From: Lysobacterales bacterium
GTDB taxonomy: Bacteria > Pseudomonadota > Gammaproteobacteria > Xanthomonadales > SZUA-5
Length of the DNA: 64,000 nt
NCBI GenBank assembly: GCA_022844165.1
Contig: JALHMH010000020.1
Location: 18,136 to 82,135 of the forward strand
Direction: 5' to 3'
This document shows positions 51,479 to 61,489 of this stretch, one piece after another. How positions within the stretch are numbered: position 1 is the stretch's first letter; every line of letters starts with the position of its first letter. The notes beneath the pieces are model-generated. The model was not told the DNA's origin and made no database searches. It saw only the letters and a program-made list of their open reading frames with translations. The position numbers and the translations under genes are program-made.

Positions 51479-52438
51479 ATGGCCGAGAATCTGCAAAAAC
51501 CGTTTCGCATTCTGTCGCTGGCCGGCGGCGGATACCTTGGGCTGTACACAGCGTGTGTGCTGGCTGGGCTTGAAGCTCGAGCCGAAGAACCGCTGGCCCG
51601 CCGCTTCGATTTGATTGCAGGAACGTCGGTGGGTGGTTTACTGGCATTGGCATTGGCTTTCGAAGTGCCCGTTACTCAGGTCGTGAGCTTGTTCCGCGAG
51701 CGCGGCAGCGAGATTTTCTCTACGCGCGGCATGCCAACCAGCCGTGTCGGCCGTTTGATTGATCTAACGCGCGCCGTGCTCGGACCGAAGTACTCGGGCG
51801 AAGCGCTGCGGCAGGCGCTGGAGGATATCTTCGACGGCCGCCGGCTTGCCGACGCCAAACACAATCTGGTGATACCGGCGGTCAATGTTTCGCTGAGCCA
51901 GACCAAGGTTTTCAAGACGCCCCATGTCGATGCTTCCGAAGGCGATGAGCGCGTGCTCGCGGTCGATGTCGCGATGGCAACCTCGGCGGCGCCTGCGTAT
52001 TTCCCGTCGGTAAAAGTCGGTCGTTATCTTTACGCCGATGGCGGCATCTTTGCGGTCGCGCCGGATCAAGTTGCGCTGCATGAGGCCGAGCACTTTATGG
52101 GCGTGGATCCAGCCCGCATCGAGATGCTCTCGATCGGCACCGCGACCGCCGGGTATAGACCAGCGGACGGCGTCGATGCCGACGACGGCGCCGTCGGCTG
52201 GCTCTCAGATGGGCGACTGATTCTGACCACCGTGGCGGTGCAGCAACAGCACGTGGAGGCGATGCTGGAAGATCGCCTCGGGGCGCGTTACCAACGTATC
52301 GACGCCGAGTGGCCGGCGGATGGGGGTTTGGGAATCGACGTGGCCACGCCGGCGACTGCGACCGTGCTGGTGCAGTTGGCGGAACGCACTCTGGCGCGCC
52401 TGAGTGGCGCCGACTGGCGCTGGGCGTTGGGTCGTTGA
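51479..52438 (+). CDS. Patatin-like phospholipase (CapV-like)
   Basis: ILSLAGGGYLG, GTSVG, TSAAPAYF and DGG motifs; AGGAGG RBS before ATG 51479. Confidence 0.88.
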   Translation: MAENLQKPFRILSLAGGGYLGLYTACVLAGLEARAEEPLARRFDLIAGTSVGGLLALALAFEVPVTQVVSLFRERGSEIFSTRGMPTSRVGRLIDLTRAVLGPKYSGEALRQALEDIFDGRRLADAKHNLVIPAVNVSLSQTKVFKTPHVDASEGDERVLAVDVAMATSAAPAYFPSVKVGRYLYADGGIFAVAPDQVALHEAEHFMGVDPARIEMLSIGTATAGYRPADGVDADDGAVGWLSDGRLILTTVAVQQQHVEAMLEDRLGARYQRIDAEWPADGGLGIDVATPATATVLVQLAERTLARLSGADWRWALGR

Positions 52439-52494
52439 TGTCCAGGCAGGCTGCGAGTCGAGTCACAGCAGTGAATGGCCGCTAGACTCGCAGC

Positions 52495-53196
52495 ATGCGC
52501 ATCGACCTCAATGCGGACTTGGGTGAGACTAACGCCGACGCCGAACTGCTGGTTTGGGTGTCGTCGTGCAATATCGCGTGCGGTGGGCATGCAGGCGATG
52601 CTGCGTCCATGAATCGCATCGTGCAATTGGCGCAACAGCATGGCGTGGCGATCGGTGCGCATCCGAGTTTGCCGGATCGGATCGGCTTCGGGCGCCGCGA
52701 CATCGACATCGAACGCGACGCGCTACGCGAAAGCGTGCGCCGGCAAATCGAGGATCTGATGGCGATTGCGGTCCGCCAAGGCGTAAGCGTGAGACACGTC
52801 AAACCTCACGGGGCGCTGTATCACCAGATGGCGCGAGACCCGGCGATCGCTCAGCTGGTCGCCGCAGTTGTCGTTGGTCTCGACCCGCAATTGGCGCTCG
52901 TCGGTCCGAGCTGGGGCGAATGGGTCACCGTCGCCCAGCGCTTTGAACTGCTCACGATCATCGAAGGCTTCGCCGATCGCCGCTATCTCGAGAACGGCAC
53001 GCTGGCGCCGCGCACCGAACCCAATGCGCTGCTGCATGGAACAGCCGCGATAGAGCAAGGCGTACGACTGGCTCGCGGCGGGCCGCCGCGGATCGACACG
53101 CTTTGCGTGCATGGCGACGGTAGCGATGCGCTGACGCTGACACGAAATCTGCGCAAAGCAATCATCGACGCCGGCATTGAGATCCGCGCGTGTTGA
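52495..53196 (+). CDS. pxpA: 5-oxoprolinase subunit A (LamB/YcsF)
   Basis: IDLNADLGE, NIACGGHAGD, HVKPHGALY and CVHGD motifs. Confidence 0.92.
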   Translation: MRIDLNADLGETNADAELLVWVSSCNIACGGHAGDAASMNRIVQLAQQHGVAIGAHPSLPDRIGFGRRDIDIERDALRESVRRQIEDLMAIAVRQGVSVRHVKPHGALYHQMARDPAIAQLVAAVVVGLDPQLALVGPSWGEWVTVAQRFELLTIIEGFADRRYLENGTLAPRTEPNALLHGTAAIEQGVRLARGGPPRIDTLCVHGDGSDALTLTRNLRKAIIDAGIEIRAC

Positions 53197-53825
53197 CACT
53201 GGCACTCCTGCCCTTAGCCATCGTCGTGATCGGCTTCGCGGCGCGACAGCATCCGGCGCGTGTGGTGCTGCTGGCGATGCTGACCGCCGGGCTGGTAGCG
53301 CTACCGTCGGTCTCGGCGTTTCTCGAACTCGTCGGCGCACAGTTTCTTAAGGCACGTTACCTGCTGGTGCTGATGTTCGCACTGCCGGTGATAGCGATTC
53401 TTGAGCGACATGGCTTGCGCGCCCTCGCCGCACAGCTGGTGCGTGGCTGGAAAGGTGCGCGCACAGGGCGACTGCTGCTGGCCTATCTTGCGCTGCGTCA
53501 AGGCAGCGCGGCACTCGGATTGACGAGCCTGGGAGGCCACGCACAAATGGTGCGCCCGTTGGTGGCGCCAATGGCCGAGGCCGCCAGCGGCGATCAACCC
53601 AATCCGGAGGTGCGCGCGCTATCGGCGGCTACCGACAATGTCGGTTTGTTCTTCGGCGAAGATTTGTTTCTCGCCTTCGGAGCGGTGCTGTTGATGCAAG
53701 CGTTCTTTGCCGAGCGCGGCATCGAACTGACCCCGCTATCGATCGCGCTTTGGGGTATCCCGACGGCGATCCTGGCGTTCGTCATTCACGGTGCCAGGTT
53801 GTTGTGGCGAGATCGGCAACGATGA
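53190..53825 (+). CDS. DUF969-family membrane protein
   Basis: GGHAQMVRPLVAPMAE and DNVGLFFGED motifs. Confidence 0.85.
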   Translation: MLTLALLPLAIVVIGFAARQHPARVVLLAMLTAGLVALPSVSAFLELVGAQFLKARYLLVLMFALPVIAILERHGLRALAAQLVRGWKGARTGRLLLAYLALRQGSAALGLTSLGGHAQMVRPLVAPMAEAASGDQPNPEVRALSAATDNVGLFFGEDLFLAFGAVLLMQAFFAERGIELTPLSIALWGIPTAILAFVIHGARLLWRDRQR

Positions 53826-54745
53826 CCGTACTCACGCCAATCTATTGGCTAATTGGGGCCTACTTCGCACGCATCGCCTGGCGCGCCTGGTTTGGCGACG
53901 CGCCTCGGCGGCGCACGCGCACTGCGTTTTACGCGACACTTGCGGTGCTGTTCGCGCTCGGCGATCTATTGCCGGTGCAATGGGCTGGCGTTCTGGTGTT
54001 GTTGGTCGCCGGAATCGCAGGCTTCGGCTTGCCCGAGTCGACGCATAGCCAAGTTGCCGCCACGGCCGATCATGGAACGCGCAATCTGCTATGGCCCATC
54101 TTGCTGATTCCTGTGTTGACTGTCGGGTTGACACTGTTGATCCCCAAACTGCAGTTGAGTTGGCTAAGCGGCGCGAATGTCGCGGTCGTCGCGCTCGTCG
54201 TCGCCTGTGGCACAGCCTTACCACTGGCTTTGGCTATCACCCGCGAAAAGGCGATTCAGGCAATCGACGCTGGCGGAGATCTGTTCGAAGCAATCGGCTG
54301 GGCGGCGATGCTGCCGCTATTGCTTGCAGTGTTGGGTTCGGTCTTCGCCGCAGCGGGCGTCGGCGATGCACTGGCGAACGTACTCGATATCTGGCTGCCC
54401 CTGGATGTGCGCTGGGTCGCAATCATCGCCTATGGCCTTGGCATGGCCCTGCTGACGATGCTGATGGGCAATGCGTTCGCGGCTTTCCCGGTCATTGCCG
54501 GCGGCATCGGATTGCCGTTTCTAATCAACGTGCATGGCGCCGATCCGGCCCCGCTCGCAGCCATCGGCATGCTGTGCGGCTATTGTGGAACACTGCTCAC
54601 GCCGATGGCCGCCAATTTCAATCTCGTGCCCGTTGCGTTGCTCGATTTGAAAGACCGTTACGCGGTGATCCGCGCGCAGGTTCCCACTGCACTACCGTTG
54701 TTGGGGTGCAACTTGATACTGATCGGAGTACTTTGTTTCCGATGA
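53822..54745 (+). CDS. DUF979-family membrane protein
   Basis: MGNAFAAFPV and GYCGTLLTPMAANFN motifs. Confidence 0.85.
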   Translation: MTVLTPIYWLIGAYFARIAWRAWFGDAPRRRTRTAFYATLAVLFALGDLLPVQWAGVLVLLVAGIAGFGLPESTHSQVAATADHGTRNLLWPILLIPVLTVGLTLLIPKLQLSWLSGANVAVVALVVACGTALPLALAITREKAIQAIDAGGDLFEAIGWAAMLPLLLAVLGSVFAAAGVGDALANVLDIWLPLDVRWVAIIAYGLGMALLTMLMGNAFAAFPVIAGGIGLPFLINVHGADPAPLAAIGMLCGYCGTLLTPMAANFNLVPVALLDLKDRYAVIRAQVPTALPLLGCNLILIGVLCFR

Positions 54746-55332
54746 CGACCGTCCTCCTGAGTGGCTTTGAACCCTTCGACGGCGATGCGCGAAACCCGTC
54801 GGGCGAGATCGCACGGCGGCTCGATGGCGAACGCTTCGGCCGGCGGCACGTGGTTGGCGTTGTCCTGCCGGTCGAATTCGGTCGCGCAGCGCGCATGCTG
54901 CTTCGTGCGATTGAACGCGTTCAACCTCAGATCGTGGTCGCCACCGGCATTGCAGCCACACGTGCCGCGATCACGCCGGAGCGCTTCGCGCTGAATTTCG
55001 TCGACGCGCGAATTGCCGACAATGCTGGCCGCACACCCCGAGCACGATCAATCGTGCGCAGCGCACCGTTGGCGCTGCCGAGCACGCTGCGGATCGATCG
55101 CATACTCGATGTGTTGAGCGCGGCAAAACTGCCCGCCGAGGGCTCCGTATCGGCCGGAAGTTATGTCTGCAATGATCTGTTTTTCCGCCTGCAGTGCGCG
55201 CTGTCGGGCATCTCTGTGCGTTCCGGCTTCGTGCACTTGCCGCATGCGCGCGAGGCGGCCATCGAGAACGCGAGCGCTTGGGCTTTCGACGACTTGCTGC
55301 GCGCCGTCAGTGAACTTGTTGCGGTTGCCTGA
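54742..55332 (+). CDS. pcp: Pyroglutamyl-peptidase I
   Basis: LLSGFEPF, catalytic E (PERFA), C (AGSYVCN) and H (GFVHLP). Confidence 0.92.
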   Translation: MTTVLLSGFEPFDGDARNPSGEIARRLDGERFGRRHVVGVVLPVEFGRAARMLLRAIERVQPQIVVATGIAATRAAITPERFALNFVDARIADNAGRTPRARSIVRSAPLALPSTLRIDRILDVLSAAKLPAEGSVSAGSYVCNDLFFRLQCALSGISVRSGFVHLPHAREAAIENASAWAFDDLLRAVSELVAVA

Positions 55333-55437
55333 GCTGTGAGCAAGCATGGTGTTCGTGTGCGGCGATCGCGAAACGCCAGTTGCGAGCAGCCATAGCCTCA
55401 TGCAGTCTTCGCGCCCTAGCCTTCCTGGAGCCCGTCA

Positions 55438-56808
55438 ATGGCCGTGTTCAACAACGTACTAGAGCTGATCGGCAATACGCCGATCGTGCGCTGCCAGCGC
55501 ATGGACACTGGCGTCTGCCAGCTGTTCTTCAAGATGGAATCGATGAATCCAGGCGGATCGATCAAGGACCGCATTGGCTTATCGATGATCGAGGATGCCG
55601 AGCGCCACGGCCGGTTGAAACCCGGCGGCACGATTGTTGAAGGCACCGCCGGCAACACCGGTCTGGCGCTGGCGCTGGTTGCGCAGCAAAAGGGCTATCG
55701 CCTGATTCTCGTGGTGCCGGACAAGATGAGCCGCGAGAAGATTTTCAATCTCAAGGCCATGGGTGCAGAAGTTGTTCTGACGCGCTCGGACGTGACCAAG
55801 GGCCACCCGGACTACTACCAGGATCTGGCAAAACGCATTGCTTCGGAAACGCCCGGCGCGTTGTACATCAATCAGTTCGGCAACAACAGCAATCCTTACG
55901 CACACGAGTTCGGCACTGGCCCCGAGATCTGGCAGCAAATGGGCCACGAGATGGATGCAATGGTCTTCGGCGTCGGCTCCGGTGGCACATTGACGGGTCT
56001 GTCGCGTTTTTTCCAGCGCGCCGCGCCGCATGTTGATCTGGTGCTCGCCGATCCCGTGGGTTCGGTGCTCACGAAGTACGTGAACGAAAAAACCCTTGAT
56101 ACCACCGGAGGCAGCTGGACCGTGGAAGGCATCGGTGGCGACTACCTGACTGCCATCAGCGAGTTTGAACACGTCAAGAAGGCTTACGCGATCAGTGATC
56201 GCGAAAGTTTCGAGGTCGCACGCGAACTGCTGATGCTCGAAGGCATCCTGGGCGGCAGCTCCACCGGCACGGTCATCGCCGCCGCACTACGCTACTGCCG
56301 CGAACAAACTACCCCGAAAAAAGTTGTGGCCTTTGTTTGCGACACTGGCAATAAGTACCTCTCGAAAATGTACAACGACTACTGGATGCGTGACAACGGC
56401 TACATCACGCGCCAAACGACCGGCGATTTGCGCGATTTAATCAATCGACCTTACTCGGAACGCGACACAATCGTTGTGCGTCCCGCAGAAACTCTGACGG
56501 TAGCGTACCAGCGCATGAAACTCTACGATGTGTCGCAACTGCCAGTGATGGACGGCGATCGTATTGTCGGGATCGTCGATGAATCCGATGTACTGATGAA
56601 GGTCATCGATAACGCCACGGCATTCCAGGCACCCGTGAGCGAGGCAATGATCACGAAACTTGATCAGGTTCAAGTCTCGACGCCCGTCAACGCACTCCTG
56701 CCAATGTTCGACCGCGGCCACGTCGCAATTGTGATGGACGGCGAACGCTTCATCGGTTTGATCACGCGGATGGATGTGCTCAACTACTTGCGGCGCAGGG
56801 CGCAGTGA
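55438..56808 (+). CDS. cbs: Cystathionine beta-synthase with CBS domains
   Basis: NPGGSIKDR, GVGSGGT and a C-terminal CBS pair. Confidence 0.9.
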   Translation: MAVFNNVLELIGNTPIVRCQRMDTGVCQLFFKMESMNPGGSIKDRIGLSMIEDAERHGRLKPGGTIVEGTAGNTGLALALVAQQKGYRLILVVPDKMSREKIFNLKAMGAEVVLTRSDVTKGHPDYYQDLAKRIASETPGALYINQFGNNSNPYAHEFGTGPEIWQQMGHEMDAMVFGVGSGGTLTGLSRFFQRAAPHVDLVLADPVGSVLTKYVNEKTLDTTGGSWTVEGIGGDYLTAISEFEHVKKAYAISDRESFEVARELLMLEGILGGSSTGTVIAAALRYCREQTTPKKVVAFVCDTGNKYLSKMYNDYWMRDNGYITRQTTGDLRDLINRPYSERDTIVVRPAETLTVAYQRMKLYDVSQLPVMDGDRIVGIVDESDVLMKVIDNATAFQAPVSEAMITKLDQVQVSTPVNALLPMFDRGHVAIVMDGERFIGLITRMDVLNYLRRRAQ

Positions 56809-57001
56809 TGGAATGCCGGGCACAGGGTGCACGGGCTGAAACTGATCTCGCGTGCCCGGCGACCCTCGGCGCACGGTTCGTCATATGGGTTCAGCGCAAC
56901 ATCGTGCGCCGAGATGCTGGCGGATCGACGATGCTCGATCTGCGACGCCTGATCCATCCCCCACTCTTTGCCAACAGTTACCCTCTCGCCGAGGCGCGAT
57001 C

Positions 57002-57436
57002 GTGCGCACCATAGGCTGGCGAGAATGGCTGGCTCTGCCGGAGTTCGGTGTCAGGGCAATCAAAGCCAAAGTCGATAGCGGCGCACGGTCGTCGGCGCTA
57101 CACGTGGTTTGGCAATATCGCGAGACCTTGGACGGCGCGCCGTGGGTTCGATTTGCGGTGCAATCCAACGGCATCGACTCGGCTACCGTTGAGTCGGCTG
57201 GTGCCATTGTCGACGAGCGCAATGTCACGGATTCTGGTGGTCACACAACCGTTCGTCCCTTTGTGCGAACGCTCGTCCGTATTGGATCAGATCAGTGGCC
57301 GATTGAAATCAATCTCTGCGATCGTCGCCATATGCGCTTTCCAATGCTGCTGGGGCGTACAGCCATGCTGGGGCGCCTTTTGGTCGACCCAGCACTCTCG
57401 TTTACCTTAGGCGGCACAGAGGAAGCAGAATCATGA
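57002..57436 (+). CDS. RimK-associated putative ATP-dependent zinc/aspartic protease
   Basis: [20 protein letters not shown] and MLLGR motifs. Confidence 0.85.
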   Translation: MRTIGWREWLALPEFGVRAIKAKVDSGARSSALHVVWQYRETLDGAPWVRFAVQSNGIDSATVESAGAIVDERNVTDSGGHTTVRPFVRTLVRIGSDQWPIEINLCDRRHMRFPMLLGRTAMLGRLLVDPALSFTLGGTEEAES

Positions 57437-58350
57437 AAATCGCCGTCCTGTCGCGCTCCCGGCGCATCTATTCCACAAAACGGCTTGTTGAAGCGGCTAT
57501 CGCGCGCGGCCATATGGTTCGCGTCATCGATCCGTTGCGCTGCTATATGCGCATCAATCCCGGTCTGGCGGAGATCCATTTTCGTGGCCGTGTGGTCGAG
57601 GGTTACGACGCAGTTATCCCACGCATCGGGGCGTCGATCACATTCTACGGCACGGCCGTTGTCCGCCAGTTCGAACACATGGGCATCTATACACCGAATT
57701 CGTCGGACGCGATTTTGCGCGCGCGCGACAAACTCCGTGCTACGCAGCTCCTGTCGCTTCAGGGAATCGGCATGCCCACCACCGTATGCGCCGATTCGCC
57801 CGACGATTCGGAAGACCTGATCAAGATGTTGGGCGAACCGCCACACGTGCTGAAACTTGTGCAAGGTACCCAGGGACAAGGTGTGGTCTTGGCCGAAACC
57901 CGTTCGGCCTCGCTCAGCCTGGCCGAAGCCTTCCGCGGTGTCCGCGAGCACTTTTTGATGCAAGAGTTTATCCGCGAAGCCAAAGGTGCGGACTTGCGCG
58001 CTTTTGTCGTCGGCAAGAAGGTCGTCGCCTCGATGATGCGCCAGGCACGCGAGGGGGAGTTCCGTAGCAATTTGCACCGCGGCGGGCACGCGCTACGGGT
58101 AAAGCTAACACCCGAAGAGCGCGCAACCGCAATTGCCGCAGCCCAGACCATGGGGCTCAGCGTTGCGGGTGTCGATCTGCTACGCTCCGACCGCGGCCCG
58201 TTGGTGTTAGAAGTGAACGCTTCGCCAGGGCTGGAGGGGATTGAAGCCGCCTCAGGTGTCGACGTCTCGAGTCTGATCATCGAGCACATTGAAAAGGCCG
58301 TGATCAAACGCCACGCCAAACGCTCTATCGAACCGGATAGACAGCGCTGA
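57433..58350 (+). CDS. rimK: RimK-family alpha-L-glutamate ligase
   Basis: [24 protein letters not shown] and [12 protein letters not shown] motifs. Confidence 0.93.
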   Translation: MKIAVLSRSRRIYSTKRLVEAAIARGHMVRVIDPLRCYMRINPGLAEIHFRGRVVEGYDAVIPRIGASITFYGTAVVRQFEHMGIYTPNSSDAILRARDKLRATQLLSLQGIGMPTTVCADSPDDSEDLIKMLGEPPHVLKLVQGTQGQGVVLAETRSASLSLAEAFRGVREHFLMQEFIREAKGADLRAFVVGKKVVASMMRQAREGEFRSNLHRGGHALRVKLTPEERATAIAAAQTMGLSVAGVDLLRSDRGPLVLEVNASPGLEGIEAASGVDVSSLIIEHIEKAVIKRHAKRSIEPDRQR

Positions 58351-59077
58351 CCTTGCAATCGCCGAATCGGCTGATCGTCAAACTGCCGGATTCTCCCGCC
58401 ACCTCGGTTGCAAGGCCTGAGCCTGTCAGCGAAGCGGTGAGATCACCGTAAAACCGTGCTGTGTCACCGGCGTTTCCGCAGACTAAGTCCAAGCCGATAT
58501 TCGAAACCAGGGACATCTGAGGTCGTCGCGACTCTGGGCAAGCGTTCGCAAATTCCACCGCGTATTCCTTGTATCCGCCGTGTCGTCTCGGCCTGGTGAC
58601 AACGCGCAGTCCTTCAGGCGTTGTACTCCAACCGACGATCTTGCTGGGGCGTACGCAGTACTCGAAGGATCCTTGAAATCCCCGTGGGCGCCTTCCCTTC
58701 GTTTCAATGATCGGCAACGTCGCTGGCGCCGCAAGATCGATAGCACGTGCCAATCGCGCAAAAGTCTTTGCATCGACGGGATGCAACCCTACAACTGCAC
58801 AGCGCCTGACGTCGGTTAGGATGTACTCTTCCTTGGATCCGCACACCCACCCGTCACGGGCGAGAATCCTGGCCGAATGGAGCGAATCGGAGCAATCGCC
58901 GTCAACGTCGACTTGTGCATAAGCGGTTGAGGTCGACAGCAGAATTGCGCGATGGTTGATGGTCCGCACGCTTTGAATATCGCGCGCATCCATACATTGC
59001 TCAAACGGTGGAGTACGCGCTGTCGCTGGCGTAGATAAAACGCTGAGGCACAACACCACAGAAACAGAAATTCTCAT
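58325..59077 (-). CDS. Secreted hypothetical protein with two Cys-patterned repeat domains (DUF6491-like)
   Basis: Signal peptide; two units, each with C...C...VCG...C. Confidence 0.65.
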   Translation of the reverse strand: MRISVSVVLCLSVLSTPATARTPPFEQCMDARDIQSVRTINHRAILLSTSTAYAQVDVDGDCSDSLHSARILARDGWVCGSKEEYILTDVRRCAVVGLHPVDAKTFARLARAIDLAAPATLPIIETKGRRPRGFQGSFEYCVRPSKIVGWSTTPEGLRVVTRPRRHGGYKEYAVEFANACPESRRPQMSLVSNIGLDLVCGNAGDTARFYGDLTASLTGSGLATEVAGESGSLTISRFGDCKVSAVYPVR

Positions 59078-59175
59078 ATCCAGCCTTTCGAAAGCAGCAC
59101 GCCTGCATGCACTCACCAAGCTCGCAGTGAAGACTGCCGCTCAGCGGTCTCTTCCGTTCATCGTAAAGGTTGCCA

Positions 59176-59361
59176 CTAGCCGCGAACCCACCATAACGCC
59201 AGAAGTCCGGTAAGCATGATTGCCAAGCCCAAGAGCCGCGCCTGACCTTCTTCCAACTCGCTCAAAGCACGCAGAGCATCGCGCCATTGACGCGGCGCGA
59301 TGAACGGCAGGATGCCCTCAAGCACCAGGAACAGCGCGAGAGCTGCCCAAAGATCGCTCAC
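59176..59361 (-). CDS. DUF2065 small membrane protein
   Basis: ALALFLVLEGILPF; usual position after hflC. Confidence 0.88.
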   Translation of the reverse strand: MSDLWAALALFLVLEGILPFIAPRQWRDALRALSELEEGQARLLGLAIMLTGLLALWWVRG

Positions 59362-60221
59362 CGCCCAGACGAGTCCTTGTTGAAGTACTCGAAGAACTCG
59401 CTTTTTGGATCGAGCACCAGCACGTTGCCTTGTTTATTGAAGCTTTGGCGATACGCCTCAAGACTTCGATGGAAGGCGTAGAACTCCGGATCGCGGCCGT
59501 ACGCGGCGGCGTAGATCTCAGCAGCTTTGGCATCGCCCTCGCCTCGAATTCGCTGAGCATCGCGGTCGGCTTCGGCGAGGATGACTTGCACTTGCCGGTC
59601 AGCATCGGCCTGAAGTCGCTCGCCGGCTTCCGCACCCTTGGAGCGCAGTGCGTTGGCCACCTGAGTACGCTCCGAGCGCATACGTGAGAAAACGGAATCC
59701 AGCACCGCATCGGGTAGGTCAATCCGCTTGATGCGGACATCAACGATTTCGATACCGAGGCTCGCGACCGATTCTGTGGAGATCTTGCGCAGGTTGTCCA
59801 TCATCTCATCGCGCTGATCTGCGACGACCTGTTGCAACGTTCGCTTGTTGAACTCATCACGCAGTCGGTCCTTGACAATCTGGCCCAACGTTTGTTGCGC
59901 CCGCATCTCGTCACCACGTGTGGCCGAGTAATAAGCCGCCACGTCTTTGATGCGCCACTTCACGACCGAGTCGACGAGAACGTCCTTTTTTTCGCTAGTG
60001 ATGAAGCGCTCGGGCTGCGTATCCAACGATAGGATTCGTCGATCGAATTTGATCACGTTGTTGACCAAGGGCACCTTGAGGTGCAAGCCTGGTTCGAAAT
60101 CAGTGCGCACGATCTCGCCTAAACGGAAAAGAACGGCGTATTGATCTTCGCGCACCGTGAACATACTGGCGCCAAGCAGAACGAGGAGCCCAACGATCAT
60201 TGGCAATATCAGATTCTTCAT
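59358..60221 (-). CDS. hflC: FtsH protease modulator HflC
   Basis: SPFH domain; DVRIKRIDLP and DPEFYAFHRSLEAY motifs. Confidence 0.95.
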   Translation of the reverse strand: MKNLILPMIVGLLVLLGASMFTVREDQYAVLFRLGEIVRTDFEPGLHLKVPLVNNVIKFDRRILSLDTQPERFITSEKKDVLVDSVVKWRIKDVAAYYSATRGDEMRAQQTLGQIVKDRLRDEFNKRTLQQVVADQRDEMMDNLRKISTESVASLGIEIVDVRIKRIDLPDAVLDSVFSRMRSERTQVANALRSKGAEAGERLQADADRQVQVILAEADRDAQRIRGEGDAKAAEIYAAAYGRDPEFYAFHRSLEAYRQSFNKQGNVLVLDPKSEFFEYFNKDSSGR

Positions 60222-60222
60222 A

Positions 60223-61290
60223 TCAGCGTCCCTCTCCAGCGCTCACCGCAGCGCCGCTGCGTTCCGGCGGAGGCGGCATCACGAGTTTGTCGAGCGGAAG
60301 GTACAACATGTTGTTGCCCTTTTCGCTGTCAATAAGCACTTTGGGTGACTTTGACAGCACCTCTTGCATGGTCTCCAAATACAAACGCTTTCGGGTGACT
60401 TCCGGCGCTGCCTTATACTGTTCGGCCAGCAAGTTGAAACGTTGCGCTTCGCCCTGTGCGCGTGCGATCACCGATTCCTTGTAGCCTTCGGCTTCTGCCA
60501 ATACGCGTGATTTGCGGCCGTTGGCCTTGGGCACTACATCGGCTGCGTACGCACGCGCGTTGTTCACTGCGCGCTGTTCATCCTCGCGCGCTTTGATGGC
60601 ATCGTCGAAAGCGTCTTTGACCTGCTCGGGGTACATGACCTCCTGGAAGTTGACGATTGACACGTTGATGCCGGCCTGATAATTGCTGAGCAACCGTTGC
60701 ATGATCGTTCGCGCTTCGCTGGTAAACTCCAGGCGGTTACCGACCTGGACGTCATCCAGAGATCGCGAGCCCACAACCTGACGCACAGCTGCTTCGGCAA
60801 CGTGCGCCAAGGTCTCTTCGGGATTTCGAACCTTGTACAGAAAGTTGCTTGCATCGCTTACCGTGTACTGCACCGCAAAATCGATGTTCACCAAATTTTC
60901 GTCACGCGTGAGCATGGCCACTTTACTGCTCATCGAGCGAACTTGCGTCACGTCTACTCGTTCGACACGCTCGATGGGCCGTGGCATGGTAAAACGCAAA
61001 CCGGGCTCAAGGATACGATCGGCTTCGCCGAACTGCAGTACGACGCCACGTTCGCGCTGATCAATGACGTGCATTGAGTCGATCACTACCCAGATAACTA
61101 TGGCACCACCGATCAGCAGACCAAGACCGCCGGTCGGCACCGAGTCACCGCTGCCGGTAGTTCCGCCTCGTCCGCGCCCACCACCCCCGAACAAGGCGGC
61201 AATCCGCTGTTTCATTTGTTTCAGCATCTCTTCAAGATCAGGTGGACCCGACGGATTGCGGCGTCCGCCGCCCGGTTCATTCCATGCCAT
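60223..61290 (-). CDS. hflK: FtsH protease modulator HflK
   Basis: MAWNEPG, GPPDLEE, MLTRDEN and APEVTRKRLYLETM motifs. Confidence 0.95.
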   Translation of the reverse strand: MAWNEPGGGRRNPSGPPDLEEMLKQMKQRIAALFGGGGRGRGGTTGSGDSVPTGGLGLLIGGAIVIWVVIDSMHVIDQRERGVVLQFGEADRILEPGLRFTMPRPIERVERVDVTQVRSMSSKVAMLTRDENLVNIDFAVQYTVSDASNFLYKVRNPEETLAHVAEAAVRQVVGSRSLDDVQVGNRLEFTSEARTIMQRLLSNYQAGINVSIVNFQEVMYPEQVKDAFDDAIKAREDEQRAVNNARAYAADVVPKANGRKSRVLAEAEGYKESVIARAQGEAQRFNLLAEQYKAAPEVTRKRLYLETMQEVLSKSPKVLIDSEKGNNMLYLPLDKLVMPPPPERSGAAVSAGEGR

Positions 61291-61347
61291 TACGATTCAG
61301 CTCCTGGGCGATCGGCAGTGCCGACGCACGAATAGAAGTAGTTGCCG

Positions 61348-61375
61348 ATATGCGGCGTCAGCTGCGAACATCAAG
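61348..61375 (-). promoter_or_regulatory. Putative sigma-32 promoter of hflKC
   Basis: CTTGAT-N14-CCGCATAT. Confidence 0.65.
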
Positions 61376-61489
61376 GGGTAGAATAACGCGTTGTGCGTCA
61401 TCGAATGGTAGTCAAGCCTCGGTCCTCGCGAATCGCGGTTGATCACGACCTTAGAATGGCAACAACAATCGCTTTAGGGAGAGAACCGC

